DNA of 62,147 nucleotides, counting the filler, from Candidatus Woesearchaeota archaeon CG1_02_57_44 (GTDB taxonomy: Archaea > Nanobdellota > Nanobdellia > Woesearchaeales > CG1-02-57-44), in NCBI GenBank assembly GCA_001871415.1. It is 5 parts of 5 records of this genome, joined end to end, with 100 filler letters (N's around TTAATTAATTAA, not from the genome) between each part and the next. Parts side by side here need not be neighbours in the genome. Positions count along the whole stretch, not along the records: positions 10,772 to 21,347 come from MNWW01000068.1; positions 21,448 to 32,423 come from MNWW01000044.1; 3 more parts are not named here. The stretch is one strand, 5' to 3'. Position numbers and translations under genes: made by a program. The notes beneath the pieces were generated by a model, which saw nothing but the letters and a program-made list of their open reading frames with translations, was not told the origin of the DNA and did no database searches. Position 1 is the stretch's first letter. Each line of letters opens with the position of its first letter. Positions 17,731-27,410 of this stretch are shown in pieces.

Positions 17731-19523
17731 ACGACCACCTTGGGCTGCTGCTCTTGGCCAGCGACCTGACTTGATGCCTGGTCTGATACTTGGTTTGATG
17801 CGCCCCCCTGGGCTCCTGCAGCCTGTGTATCGACGGGCAGTCCGGCAAACGGCTCGTCGGTCGCCTGCAACGCATCTGCCGCCTGCACGTGCCAAAGCTC
17901 GTAGGGCGGCTCGTCCATCACCTTCTCCAGGCCAGGCGCCTTGCCCAGCAAGAACAGCATACCATCATCTTCCGCAGCCCAGACCAGGCCGCTACGCATG
18001 TCTTGGGTCACAAGAATATCCCGCACACCCGCGGCGCGCAGTTCCATCTTGAGCTTCGCATACCCCCGGGTCGAAAACAGCTCATCGGCTTTCGCTTTTT
18101 GCCCCGGCGTTGATACCGTGTCAATGAAAGGCTCGCGTCCCGCTATAGCGCGCAGCACGATACCATAACGTTCCTGGCTGAGCACCCTGTCGCGCATGCC
18201 TGACGGCGGAAGTGAATCCTCCAAGGGATTCTGTGAGGGACTCTGTAAGGGAGTCTGTAAAGGAGTCTGCAGGTCCCCTGTGCCTAGAGCTGAGGATAGC
18301 AAAGGCAGCGCGCGCGCCTGATCCTGTGCCGGCGTCGCTGGCAGCACAGTCAGGGCGGGTATGCCAGGCATGGAACTAAACACGTCCAACGCGGTCCTGT
18401 CTGGGAATGAGCGCACCAGCAGGGTCGTGTAGGATGTGTAGGAGAACACGATGCCCAGCAGGATCAGAAACAGCGTGAATCTCCTGACCATCTGGTCATC
18501 CCAGGACATGGCCATCAAATGCGCAAGCCCGATACCGCCAAGCAGCGCGAACAGGAGGTCAAGGAGTATGCGCAGAGAAAAAAAACCCGCCACGAAGAGC
18601 ACCATCAGGATAATGCCCGCGAGATACGCGCCAGGATAACGTTTCTTGAGCCGCCACCCAGCGACGGCGCCCACCATCGCGCAGAGCACATGGAACACGC
18701 CGAATCCCACGACACTTCCAAAGTCAGCCAGCAGCAGAAAGATCCCAGGCCAGGGCACCAGCGGCTCACGCACGGGCGAATACCACGCGAAGGCGATGGT
18801 GAGCACAAGCAGCAATGGCACCAGCCATCGCCCCTTGTGCCGGTGCACGGTGGCGAAGGCCAGCACGACAAACGCGCAGGACAACTGCAGCGAGAGGGGC
18901 AGCAACAGCAGCGCGGCAAGCGCAGCCGGCCACCATACGAGCAGACCGTATGCTCCCAGCAGCAAGAGCACCAAAGCCGGCGCAGCCGAAGACAAGCCCA
19001 AGAACGCGATGATGAATACGGGAGAGGATACCAACAGCAGCAATGCAATGCCCGCTTCCCGCTCACTGAGGAACTCGCCGACCACACGATAGAAGAGCAA
19101 CGCCGCGAGCACCCCCAGGAACAATGTGATAGCGATCGCCGCTGCGGGCCGCGACGCATCAGGAAACAGCGACAGGAATGCGCCCAGCAGCCGCTGCCAG
19201 TAGGAGGGTCCCGCATAAAGGATGTCCGCGTTTCGCACGGGCAATGCTGCTGCACTGCCCATCGCCGCGCGGCCTACTGCTGTGCTGCCCACCACTTCAT
19301 TGCCAGGCAATCCCACAGCGTCCTGGGCCGCAGGAAATACACCAGCCATGGTCAGCTGATAGTAAGGAATCTCTGTCAGGAGCGGAGTCGCGTCCCTCGT
19401 CTCTTTCATCGCCAGGGGAATCGCCAGCAATAAGAGCACCATCATGACCAGCCACACCTTGCTGGATATCCCTCCGCGCACCTTGTCAACCTTCTCGCCA
19501 GCGAGCCCCGCCTTGGCGTTCAT
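17727..19523 (-). CDS. Polytopic membrane protein, GT-C-like with extracellular C-terminal domain
   Basis: Many TMs; C-terminal VLSQERYG...GVRDILVT; overlapping start/stop with both neighbours. Confidence 0.6.
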   Translation of the reverse strand: MNAKAGLAGEKVDKVRGGISSKVWLVMMVLLLLAIPLAMKETRDATPLLTEIPYYQLTMAGVFPAAQDAVGLPGNEVVGSTAVGRAAMGSAAALPVRNADILYAGPSYWQRLLGAFLSLFPDASRPAAAIAITLFLGVLAALLFYRVVGEFLSEREAGIALLLLVSSPVFIIAFLGLSSAAPALVLLLLGAYGLLVWWPAALAALLLLPLSLQLSCAFVVLAFATVHRHKGRWLVPLLLVLTIAFAWYSPVREPLVPWPGIFLLLADFGSVVGFGVFHVLCAMVGAVAGWRLKKRYPGAYLAGIILMVLFVAGFFSLRILLDLLFALLGGIGLAHLMAMSWDDQMVRRFTLFLILLGIVFSYTSYTTLLVRSFPDRTALDVFSSMPGIPALTVLPATPAQDQARALPLLSSALGTGDLQTPLQTPLQSPSQNPLEDSLPPSGMRDRVLSQERYGIVLRAIAGREPFIDTVSTPGQKAKADELFSTRGYAKLKMELRAAGVRDILVTQDMRSGLVWAAEDDGMLFLLGKAPGLEKVMDEPPYELWHVQAADALQATDEPFAGLPVDTQAAGAQGGASNQVSDQASSQVAGQEQQPKVVV

Positions 19524-20989
19524 TGCCCTCCCTCCTTAATCCTGCAATGCGACTCGTATACGATACTGCCCGGCAGCACGGTCTTACGAAAGCAATTTCC
19601 TGAGTAAGGAAGATCCGCCACACCATAGCGCTCCTGAGCCCTCTGCGTCACCAGGATATGAGTGACGCCGTAACGGTTGAGCAAATAGACCGCGTTAGTC
19701 GCGTACGGGGTCGTGTAGATATCCTGAACATCCTCATTGCGCTGCAGGCCATCGCGCAAAAAAAGAAAACTTGACGCCAGCACCACACGCCTGCCAGTCA
19801 AGTACATGAGCGCCGCTGCCTGCGATGGCGGAACCACGATGATCGCGTCCTGTGGCGTGTTCTGACGGACCCATGCGAAAGCCTGCTCATCCACCAGGAC
19901 AGATGACTGCTGTTTCCCTGACACGGTGAAGGCGAACGCGGCAGGAGCAGATGTTGCGACCAGCATCATCAGCAGGAGCGCTATGATACCTCCAGCGTGC
20001 CCAGAAAAGCGCGAGCGCTGCAGGAACGCCCAGAGCAGCTGCAGAAACAGGCCCGTCAGCAATGTCAACGCGACGCCCAGGTAGAGCAAGCCATACTGGA
20101 CCTGAACCAGACCCAGCGCAAGCAACACCACACACGCCAGCACAGATGAGATGATAAGGTACACAGGATGACGCTGCTCGAGGCTGAATGAATACCTGCG
20201 GATCATATAGACGCCTAACATGAACGGCACGATACCAACGGCCGTGATGGCTGTCAGCACATTTACCGGTTCGCTGATGGGAGAGGACCATAACAGATGC
20301 GTGCCATGGAAGAGCAGGACGCGCTTGAATACCACAAAACCAAGCCATATCAGATATAGCAGCGTGAAGAGCGTCATCTCCACCTCCCGCCGACGTATAC
20401 GCATGCCTGATACATTCGCGAAGAGCAGGTACATGACGAGCGTGAGCCCCAGCAGCTCGGATATAGGAGCGGTGAAAGAGAGCGCGATGAGTCCTCCGAT
20501 GAACCATGCTGTATACTGGCCCTGACGCAGAAATCCATACAGGCAGAAAAAGAACAAGGGCAGCGCGAGCGCGTGCGACGTGATGGTAAGCGACGACGCT
20601 ATCGCCAGGGGCATGAGCCCTGCCATACCCGCGGTTATCAGCGCTATCGGATCGCTTCCGGTCAGCTCTTTTGCCAGCAGATAGATGACGGGAATAATCA
20701 GCGCGGCAATGATATTGGACCATATCTTGTAGGCAACCAACCCCGGAAACGGCAGTGATAACAGAGCCACCAGATAATAGAATAATGGTAGGGTTATCAG
20801 ATGCGGCTTGCCCAGCACCAGCTCGCTCGTTGTCTGCGGAACACCTGTCGTCCCTATATAGCCTATCTGCGCAGCGGCGGCGAATGAATCGCCATCCGCG
20901 AAATAGGGCACGGACAGGGCGATCGCCAGATGGATGCTCACCACCAGCACAAAGAGCAGCGCGAGATACCACGCGCTTGAGCGGGCCAT
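19520..20989 (-). CDS. Polytopic membrane protein, GT-C/STT3-like
   Basis: D.DS loop after TM1; WVRQNTPQDA; LNRYGVTHILVT. Confidence 0.65.
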   Translation of the reverse strand: MARSSAWYLALLFVLVVSIHLAIALSVPYFADGDSFAAAAQIGYIGTTGVPQTTSELVLGKPHLITLPLFYYLVALLSLPFPGLVAYKIWSNIIAALIIPVIYLLAKELTGSDPIALITAGMAGLMPLAIASSLTITSHALALPLFFFCLYGFLRQGQYTAWFIGGLIALSFTAPISELLGLTLVMYLLFANVSGMRIRRREVEMTLFTLLYLIWLGFVVFKRVLLFHGTHLLWSSPISEPVNVLTAITAVGIVPFMLGVYMIRRYSFSLEQRHPVYLIISSVLACVVLLALGLVQVQYGLLYLGVALTLLTGLFLQLLWAFLQRSRFSGHAGGIIALLLMMLVATSAPAAFAFTVSGKQQSSVLVDEQAFAWVRQNTPQDAIIVVPPSQAAALMYLTGRRVVLASSFLFLRDGLQRNEDVQDIYTTPYATNAVYLLNRYGVTHILVTQRAQERYGVADLPYSGNCFRKTVLPGSIVYESHCRIKEGGQ

Positions 20990-21043
20990 GCAGCCGACAA
21001 GTGCCGCGGGCTTTAAATATGTTATTGGACAGTAACTATAGAG

Positions 21044-21131
21044 ATAACAAAAATCCGCCACTCGGCGCTAACCGCGGCCTGAAGGCCGCGGTATTACCGC
21101 GCCTCGTCATTGCAGGCGGATTTTTGAATTG
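21044..21131 (-). mobile_element. Double-hairpin element, copy 3 (right half only)
   Basis: Identical to 10863-10950; lies at the centre of a fold-back. Confidence 0.8.
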
Positions 21132-21347
21132 TCTATAGTTACTGTCCAATAACATATTTAAAGCCCGCGGCACTTGTCGGCTGCATGGCCCGCTCAAGCG
21201 CGTGGTATCTCGCGCTGCTCTTTGTGCTGGTGGTGAGCATCCATCTGGCGATCGCCCTGTCCGTGCCCTATTTCGCGGATGGCGATTCATTCGCCGCCGC
21301 TGCGCAGATAGGCTATATAGGGACGACAGGTGTTCCGCAGACAACGA
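21132..21347 (-). repeat. 216-bp inverted duplication of 20827-21042 (fold-back at contig end)
   Basis: Exact reverse complement. Confidence 0.95.
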
Positions 21348-21447
21348 NNNNNNNNNNNNNNNNNNNNNNNNNNNNNNNNNNNNNNNNNNNNTTAATTAAT
21401 TAANNNNNNNNNNNNNNNNNNNNNNNNNNNNNNNNNNNNNNNNNNNN
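21348..21447. other. Artificial contig linker
   Basis: N-run, TTAATTAATTAA, N-run. Confidence 0.98.
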
Positions 21448-21691
21448 CGGCGCCAAGACTCTTTCGCATGTGAGGGTAGTCAGTGACAGCAGTGGCAAGC
21501 TCGCGATAGATTTCATCAATGTCATCAAATTTTGGGAAGGCGTCGAGAATGTCGCCTAGATACTGATCCACGTACTTGCCTACTGCCTCAAGCCTTGCCT
21601 CTTCGCCTTTGCTGACAGCTGCCTTGCGACCCTGGGCCAACGCCTGGTCGATGAGCCATTGCGCGTCATGGATAGGGGGAATGCTCCACAT
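21448..21691 (-). CDS. NOG1-family GTP-binding protein, N-terminal fragment
   Basis: IPPI...LIDQAL...FPKFDDIDEIYREL...RKSLGA matches the NOG1 N-terminal helical domain. Confidence 0.75.
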
Positions 21692-21783
21692 GACAGGCAA
21701 AAAAGACATGGTGGTTATAAGGGTTGCGGAGAAGATGCCCACAACCCTATCACGCCCCAGACCATTCAGCGAATGGCGTCAGC

Positions 21784-23238
21784 TTAGCTCGTGACACCAG
21801 AAATGACCACTCCATTGATCACATTCCTGTACACTGCGCCTTGGATTGCTGTCGGGTCCCGAAAGACCAGCGAGCCATCAGCCTCAACACTTCCTACCTG
21901 GTCCCAGACCCCCATCAACCCTTCGTATTTCTGCGCCTCTGCGCTGACCACGACAGTGGGTATTGCGGTGACGTTGTATTTGAGCATGAGCGCGATCGCG
22001 GAGGAATCTGTTGCGTCAAGTACGGTCTCATTGACCAGGAACACGCCAAAGCGTTGCAGGATGTCACGGTGGACGAGCACATCGTAGCAATCAGCGCATG
22101 CTGTATCATTGATGTACGTCGCGCTGACCAGTCCGATGGTGGCGCCGGTAGTCACATCCACGTATGGCGGCAGCAGGCGACGCTGCACGAGCCACCCGTC
22201 AGACTCCTTGGTGCCTGCGAACTGCCAGTTCTGGGCGATGAAATCATACTCCCACGCGTCAGGCGATAATATGATGATAGGCAGCGATGACACATTATAG
22301 CGGCTCAGCAGCGCCTGCCCTTCGGCGGAATCCGCGGCAATGTCATCGGTCGACGCTACCGTTATGCCCATGGACTGCAGCTCCAGGACTGTCTGCATCG
22401 GATCGCTGCAGTTGTCGCACACCGTCGTCAGCAGGATGGCCTTGACACGCCCGACAGCGCTGCCATTGGATAGTAGATAGACAGGTTGTGGCGTATCCCA
22501 TACAAATGCCTTGCCCGAAGCGTGATAGCCAATAACAGCACTTGGCAAATCACCCTCCAGCACGATAGCGGGTAGTTTCGTGATGCCGTATTTCTTCACC
22601 AGGGCGTCTGCCTCAGCGCCCGGCCAGGTCAGGGTTTTGGTGCTGAGATTGGCGCGAAGAGCTGTCGCGCTGTCAAGCGCGTCAGCATAGCCGCTGCAGT
22701 CTGCGCAGGTTGCAGGCGAGAGCACGGTCGCGGTAATCACCGGCAACGGCTGGTCAGCGGCTGTCGGTGGCAGCGCAGGCGTGTGAATCCCAAAGGCCAG
22801 GAAGATATCGATGACCACGACGATAATAAGGGTGGCGAGCGTGATTGCGGTCCAGTCAAGCTTTCGCCTGGGTTTACTGCCTGTGCCTGATGCCCCGCCG
22901 TGCAAGGAAGGCCTACTTGGCGCAGGGGTATGGTGCGCTGCCTCAGAAGAGGAAGTGTCCTGATGCCCTAGCGGGACAGGAGCATGCTCTGCAGAAGAGT
23001 GATGTGCGCTGGTGTGCGCCGCGTGATGCTGCGAACCAGCGGTCTTGTGCGCATGGGTGCTTGTGGAATGAACCTGCTCGTGATGCGATGGCGTGTGCGT
23101 TCCAGCAACTGGATGTGTTTGACCAGGCGATGCCTTGTCAGTGGACGACTCCTTGCTTACGGAGGATGATGCATCGTCGTGGTGCTTGTGATCAGGGGAC
23201 GCGCCTGCATGAGGTTGTTGTTCTTTTCGTGGATCCAT
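21784..23238 (-). CDS. His-rich N-terminus, one TM and three CxxC thioredoxin-like repeats
   Basis: CADC, CDNC and CADC, each followed by a L..KY.IT.LP.I-like motif. Confidence 0.7.
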   Translation of the reverse strand: MDPRKEQQPHAGASPDHKHHDDASSSVSKESSTDKASPGQTHPVAGTHTPSHHEQVHSTSTHAHKTAGSQHHAAHTSAHHSSAEHAPVPLGHQDTSSSEAAHHTPAPSRPSLHGGASGTGSKPRRKLDWTAITLATLIIVVVIDIFLAFGIHTPALPPTAADQPLPVITATVLSPATCADCSGYADALDSATALRANLSTKTLTWPGAEADALVKKYGITKLPAIVLEGDLPSAVIGYHASGKAFVWDTPQPVYLLSNGSAVGRVKAILLTTVCDNCSDPMQTVLELQSMGITVASTDDIAADSAEGQALLSRYNVSSLPIIILSPDAWEYDFIAQNWQFAGTKESDGWLVQRRLLPPYVDVTTGATIGLVSATYINDTACADCYDVLVHRDILQRFGVFLVNETVLDATDSSAIALMLKYNVTAIPTVVVSAEAQKYEGLMGVWDQVGSVEADGSLVFRDPTAIQGAVYRNVINGVVISGVTS

Positions 23239-23362
23239 GATGCTAAGGGCACGTCCCAGACATATATATAGTTTATCCATGTGTGTTGTACAACAGTGAT
23301 GTAACAATAATCAGTGATGTAACAGTAATGTTAATAATGGGCAGCGCAGCCCATGGGAGAAG

Positions 23363-24130
23363 ATGGATAACATGAAGCCAGGGACAATTCGCAACGGGGA
23401 AAAACGAGGGGTCTGGAATGCTCTCTTCTCTCGATTGCTTGCGATCATTGCCCTGGACGTATTATTCATCAAAGCGCAATTCGAACTCCAATGGCTCTTC
23501 TTCGGGCCCATTGGCGAACACGCGACAGCCATCCTTGATATCCTCAAGTCGCATCAGTCAGATATCGCTGTGCACTTGTCAGCCCAAAAATCCCTGTGGT
23601 CATACCTTGGCACAGTCCCAGCGTTGCACCCGCACGCCTGGGCCATAGGTGGATGGGCCTGTTTGCTGCTGACAGCTATCTACATCGCTTATTGCCTGCT
23701 GCAGGGGATCTCTTGGATGATTGCGGGCAGCCATGACGTACGCTATCTCCGCGCCTTCGCCCTGATGAACATTCCCATCGCCATGATATACGGCCTGATT
23801 GAGTTCACCTTCCGCGCGACAAACTTCCTGCTGACTATCCAACAGCCAGGCGAGCCCGTTTACGCTGCACCCTGGCTGTACGCTGCGCTGCTGCTCTTGC
23901 TGGCCTATGTTGCGACCGCCGCGTATCGCGCTCCTGAGGAGCCCCTGCAGACAGCATTGAGCAGGGGCCATGCGCTGCGCTTCGCGCTCGTCGCTGCGGC
24001 GCTCGCGTGCATCAATGCCATCATGCTCGTCCCGGTGCTGACTAAGCTGGCAGGCTACCTGCTGCTCTTGCCCGCGATGGCTTATGGCAAGATGGTGCTT
24101 TCAAGCAAACCTCATCCTACGGAAGGGTGA
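23363..24130 (+). CDS. Hypothetical membrane protein
   Basis: Long ORF with several TMs. Confidence 0.65.
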   Translation: MDNMKPGTIRNGEKRGVWNALFSRLLAIIALDVLFIKAQFELQWLFFGPIGEHATAILDILKSHQSDIAVHLSAQKSLWSYLGTVPALHPHAWAIGGWACLLLTAIYIAYCLLQGISWMIAGSHDVRYLRAFALMNIPIAMIYGLIEFTFRATNFLLTIQQPGEPVYAAPWLYAALLLLLAYVATAAYRAPEEPLQTALSRGHALRFALVAAALACINAIMLVPVLTKLAGYLLLLPAMAYGKMVLSSKPHPTEG

Positions 24131-24192
24131 GGCGATGCGCAAGGCACAAACAGGAGCAATGCTCAAGGATGACACACAAAGGTGAATGGACA

Positions 24193-25161
24193 ATGACTCA
24201 TCAAGAGAAGGAACACGCGCACACACAGGCAGGCCATCACAAGGATGCGCCTGCGCAGAGGGATGCGGCTGCGCAAGGGGACGCGACAACGCAGAGGGAT
24301 GCGACAACGAACGGGCAGATGAAGGAGTCAGCAGGACAGCCCGCGGCTTCATCAGCAAAGAAGCAAGATAGCACACCGTCAAAAGGTATCAAACCTACGA
24401 GCCCTAACAGACATCAGCAGGACGCTCAACATCCAGCGAGAGGCTCCCTCATACAAGGCATCATCGCCATGATCGTGTGGGATATCATCGGAGGATTCCT
24501 CCTGCTCGGACTCTGGCCGTTTCTCGCCCGGCTCATCTTCCCTCAGGACCCTGAGGTATTGCAGATGGTCTGGGGCGCAAGGCCGGCTCTTGCCATGGCC
24601 ATAGCCCTGCTCTACACCTTGGTCGTCGCGCTCACGTATGTAACCTACAAGTTCTTCGGATTCAGGGGCCTGCTGCGCGGATGCGATATCCACCAGAGCA
24701 GACACGGCAGTCCATCATATCCTGTCGGCAGGACCTACCTGCGATTCCTGGGCATAAACATCCTCTTGGGCTTCGTGGCACTGCTCATCGCGGCCGGCAT
24801 CGCGAAGGCCCTGGTGGCATTCTCACCAGCAGGCAGCGCGAACCTCACCACAGTCAGGTATGTGCTGACCTTGCTGCTGGGCCTGAGCGCGGGCTACTGG
24901 ATGCTCTACCTGCCCATCAATCTGGTGCAGATGGGCGCGGTGCTCCGCAGACCGCCCTTAGCATTCACCTTGGCTCACTACCAGCAGTGGAAAGCACCGC
25001 TGGGAGCATTTGTGGCGCTCATTATCCTGATAGCCATGCTGATGGTCCTGAGCATCCCGCTGCAGAACCATCTCGGGGCAGTTGAGGCAGGTTCAGCTCT
25101 GCTACTATACGTGTGGCATGCCTGGACAAGAGTCCTGCTGGCAAATGCTATCAGCGCGTAG
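24193..25161 (+). CDS. Hypothetical membrane protein with low-complexity N-terminus
   Basis: GGTGA SD before the ATG; about 6 TMs. Confidence 0.65.
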   Translation: MTHQEKEHAHTQAGHHKDAPAQRDAAAQGDATTQRDATTNGQMKESAGQPAASSAKKQDSTPSKGIKPTSPNRHQQDAQHPARGSLIQGIIAMIVWDIIGGFLLLGLWPFLARLIFPQDPEVLQMVWGARPALAMAIALLYTLVVALTYVTYKFFGFRGLLRGCDIHQSRHGSPSYPVGRTYLRFLGINILLGFVALLIAAGIAKALVAFSPAGSANLTTVRYVLTLLLGLSAGYWMLYLPINLVQMGAVLRRPPLAFTLAHYQQWKAPLGAFVALIILIAMLMVLSIPLQNHLGAVEAGSALLLYVWHAWTRVLLANAISA

Positions 25162-25302
25162 TACGCGCGAGATACAGGCGATGCGTAGGGGGTTTATGAT
25201 AATGTGCCAAGGGTTCACGATCAACCACAGCGAAACTTTTAAATACGCTGTTGGCAACAAGTAGGGAATCAGCCAAGCGATTATCAAAAAAGGGGTGAAC
25301 AG

Positions 25303-26085
25303 ATGGCCGATGATGATTACGAGGTAGTATCCCACCAGAAGATAGAGGAGCTCAAGAAGGAGATAGGCGAGCTTCGGAAGCGCCAGTATAGTGATTTTGA
25401 GATTGTGCTCAAGCCCCTGCGGGAGCTCGATGAGAAGGTGCAGAAGATTCTGGACGTCTTTGCCGAGGCCGCGAAAGACGCGGATGATGACAGCACAGAC
25501 GAGCTGGCAACCAAGATGGATGCCCTGATGGATCAGAACGAGAAGATAGCCACTGGCCTGCTGGCAATAGCCGACCTGGTCAAGGAGCACGAAGCTGCGC
25601 CGCTACCAGCAACTACTCCAGAACCAAAGCCCGCAGCGGAACGAACCGAACGAAGCTTCACCATGAGTCCGCCGGATATGCCAAGGCAACAGCCCTTGCA
25701 GTCCGCCAGCGCTATGAGCATGCCTTCGCTATCCCCTCCACCTGCACCGCAATCGCTCTCGAGCCAGCAACAGATGCAGCAATCATCTTTCAGCCAAAGG
25801 CCGCCCATGAGCACGGGCTCAGGCATGATGCCCCCATCGTTCTCATCAGGAAGCCAGGGGATGGCTCCACCACCAAGCAGTTTCACGCCGCGCTCAGGGC
25901 CCTTGCCGCCACCAAGCATGTCAAGACCAACGGGCATGCCCTCACCTCCCATGAATACGCAGCGCTCGCCATCCATGTTCGGGCAGCAATTAAGCCCGCC
26001 TCCATCCTTCGGACCGCCAAGAGCACCGCTTGCCCCGCCTATGCCGGTGGAGAAGAAAAAGCTGTTCTCATTCGGGAGGAAGTGA
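25303..26085 (+). CDS. Coiled-coil protein with Pro/Ser/Met-rich tail
   Basis: TTTAAATA box, GGGGTGA SD, long ORF. Confidence 0.75.
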   Translation: MADDDYEVVSHQKIEELKKEIGELRKRQYSDFEIVLKPLRELDEKVQKILDVFAEAAKDADDDSTDELATKMDALMDQNEKIATGLLAIADLVKEHEAAPLPATTPEPKPAAERTERSFTMSPPDMPRQQPLQSASAMSMPSLSPPPAPQSLSSQQQMQQSSFSQRPPMSTGSGMMPPSFSSGSQGMAPPPSSFTPRSGPLPPPSMSRPTGMPSPPMNTQRSPSMFGQQLSPPPSFGPPRAPLAPPMPVEKKKLFSFGRK

Positions 26086-26906
26086 TGAGCTCATTTCTGC
26101 AGAAGTTGGGAAAAGCGGCCGCGAAGCTTGAAGCGGCCAAGACGATGCCGCAGCAGCAAGCGCCGGCAGCAAGGAAAACCAAGGGAAAGCGAGGCGGATC
26201 AACCAGGAGCCCAAAGAAGACTAAGCCATCTGCAGCCCGGAAGAAAGGCGCAGCACGCAGCGGCAAGACCAAGCAGCAGTCTATCGAGATGATCCTGGAA
26301 TCTGAGAAAGATATCCGCAAGGAACTCGACACGGTCGAGCAGGAGCTGCAGGCCCTTGAGGATCAGGCGCGCACGAGGGCAGCGGCAGGCGACAGGACCC
26401 TGAAGCTGCAGGAACAGCTGCTCGGCACGGTCGATGATATCGGCAAGGAGATAGCGCATCGCCTGGATCCGCCCACAGCCGATGCCCTGACAGAGTTCAG
26501 GAAGATGCTCTCGCAGCAGCGCGAGGAATACAACCGATTCTTCTCTGATAGACTCTCGTCCCTGGAATTTCGCATGGCCGAGGTGGCAAATAGCGTCGAG
26601 CGCATCGCCCGCGACCAGAACGAATTGCTCGGCTCACTTCGCCCCCAGCCCCTGCACCCATCAGAGCGTCTACTGCATATGACGAGTGGCAAGAAAGATG
26701 GGAAAAAAGACACTATGCAGAGCATAGACAAGCAGCGACAGATCGCGCTGGAGAAGAAGATACGACATAGGGTGAAGGACAGGGACATCGACCCCGCGAA
26801 GAGGATCAAGAAAGCAGAAGCGCTGCTCAAGGGATCAAGCATCTCGGCCAAGCAAAAAAAGCGCCTGCAGGCTCGCATCACCCAGCTGAAAAAACAGATG
26901 CACTGA
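26085..26906 (+). CDS. Basic coiled-coil hypothetical protein
   Basis: TGATG coupling to the upstream gene. Confidence 0.7.
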   Translation: MSSFLQKLGKAAAKLEAAKTMPQQQAPAARKTKGKRGGSTRSPKKTKPSAARKKGAARSGKTKQQSIEMILESEKDIRKELDTVEQELQALEDQARTRAAAGDRTLKLQEQLLGTVDDIGKEIAHRLDPPTADALTEFRKMLSQQREEYNRFFSDRLSSLEFRMAEVANSVERIARDQNELLGSLRPQPLHPSERLLHMTSGKKDGKKDTMQSIDKQRQIALEKKIRHRVKDRDIDPAKRIKKAEALLKGSSISAKQKKRLQARITQLKKQMH

Positions 26907-27056
26907 AGAAAAGGGAGACAGGGGGAAGAGTGGCAACGCGCAGATGCCGAAGTGCGCGTCCTGATTAGACGTGCGGCGGAGACAGCCACGCGATTAAAGT
27001 ACGCTGACCCTGACTTTTCAATACTTTTATTAAGCGTCATGCACCTGCGCTAGGGC

Positions 27057-27410
27057 ATGGCCAGACGTTCCCGGCTCTCTGACGCCAGCGAGGGCGATAT
27101 GCTCATTCTCCAGCGCTACGACGGAGACTCGGTCTTTCAGCAACGACTGCAGGAGCGCGGACTTGGTCCGGGAAGCATCGTGCAGGTGCTGCGCAATGAC
27201 CGGAAGAATCCGCTCATCCTGAAATCAGGGGAGACGCGTATCGCGGTCGGCAGGGAGGACGCCATGCATATGCAGGCAGTCATCGCGACGGACGCCGCGC
27301 AAGGAGAGGGCAGAGGGCCATCATGCGTGTCCACAAGACCACAGGCGCTCAGCAGAACACCGCCGCGAATGATCAGGAGGAGGTCTCATGCGCGTCGCGC
27401 TCGCAGGTAA
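27057..27410 (+). CDS. feoA: Ferrous iron transport protein A
   Basis: RLQERGLGPGSIVQVLR...PLIL...RIAVGR; upstream of feoB. Confidence 0.85.
   Translation: MARRSRLSDASEGDMLILQRYDGDSVFQQRLQERGLGPGSIVQVLRNDRKNPLILKSGETRIAVGREDAMHMQAVIATDAAQGEGRGPSCVSTRPQALSRTPPRMIRRRSHARRARR

Noticed and set aside
21185..21347. Second copy of the GT-C gene start
   Set aside because: Part of the exact fold-back duplication at the contig end
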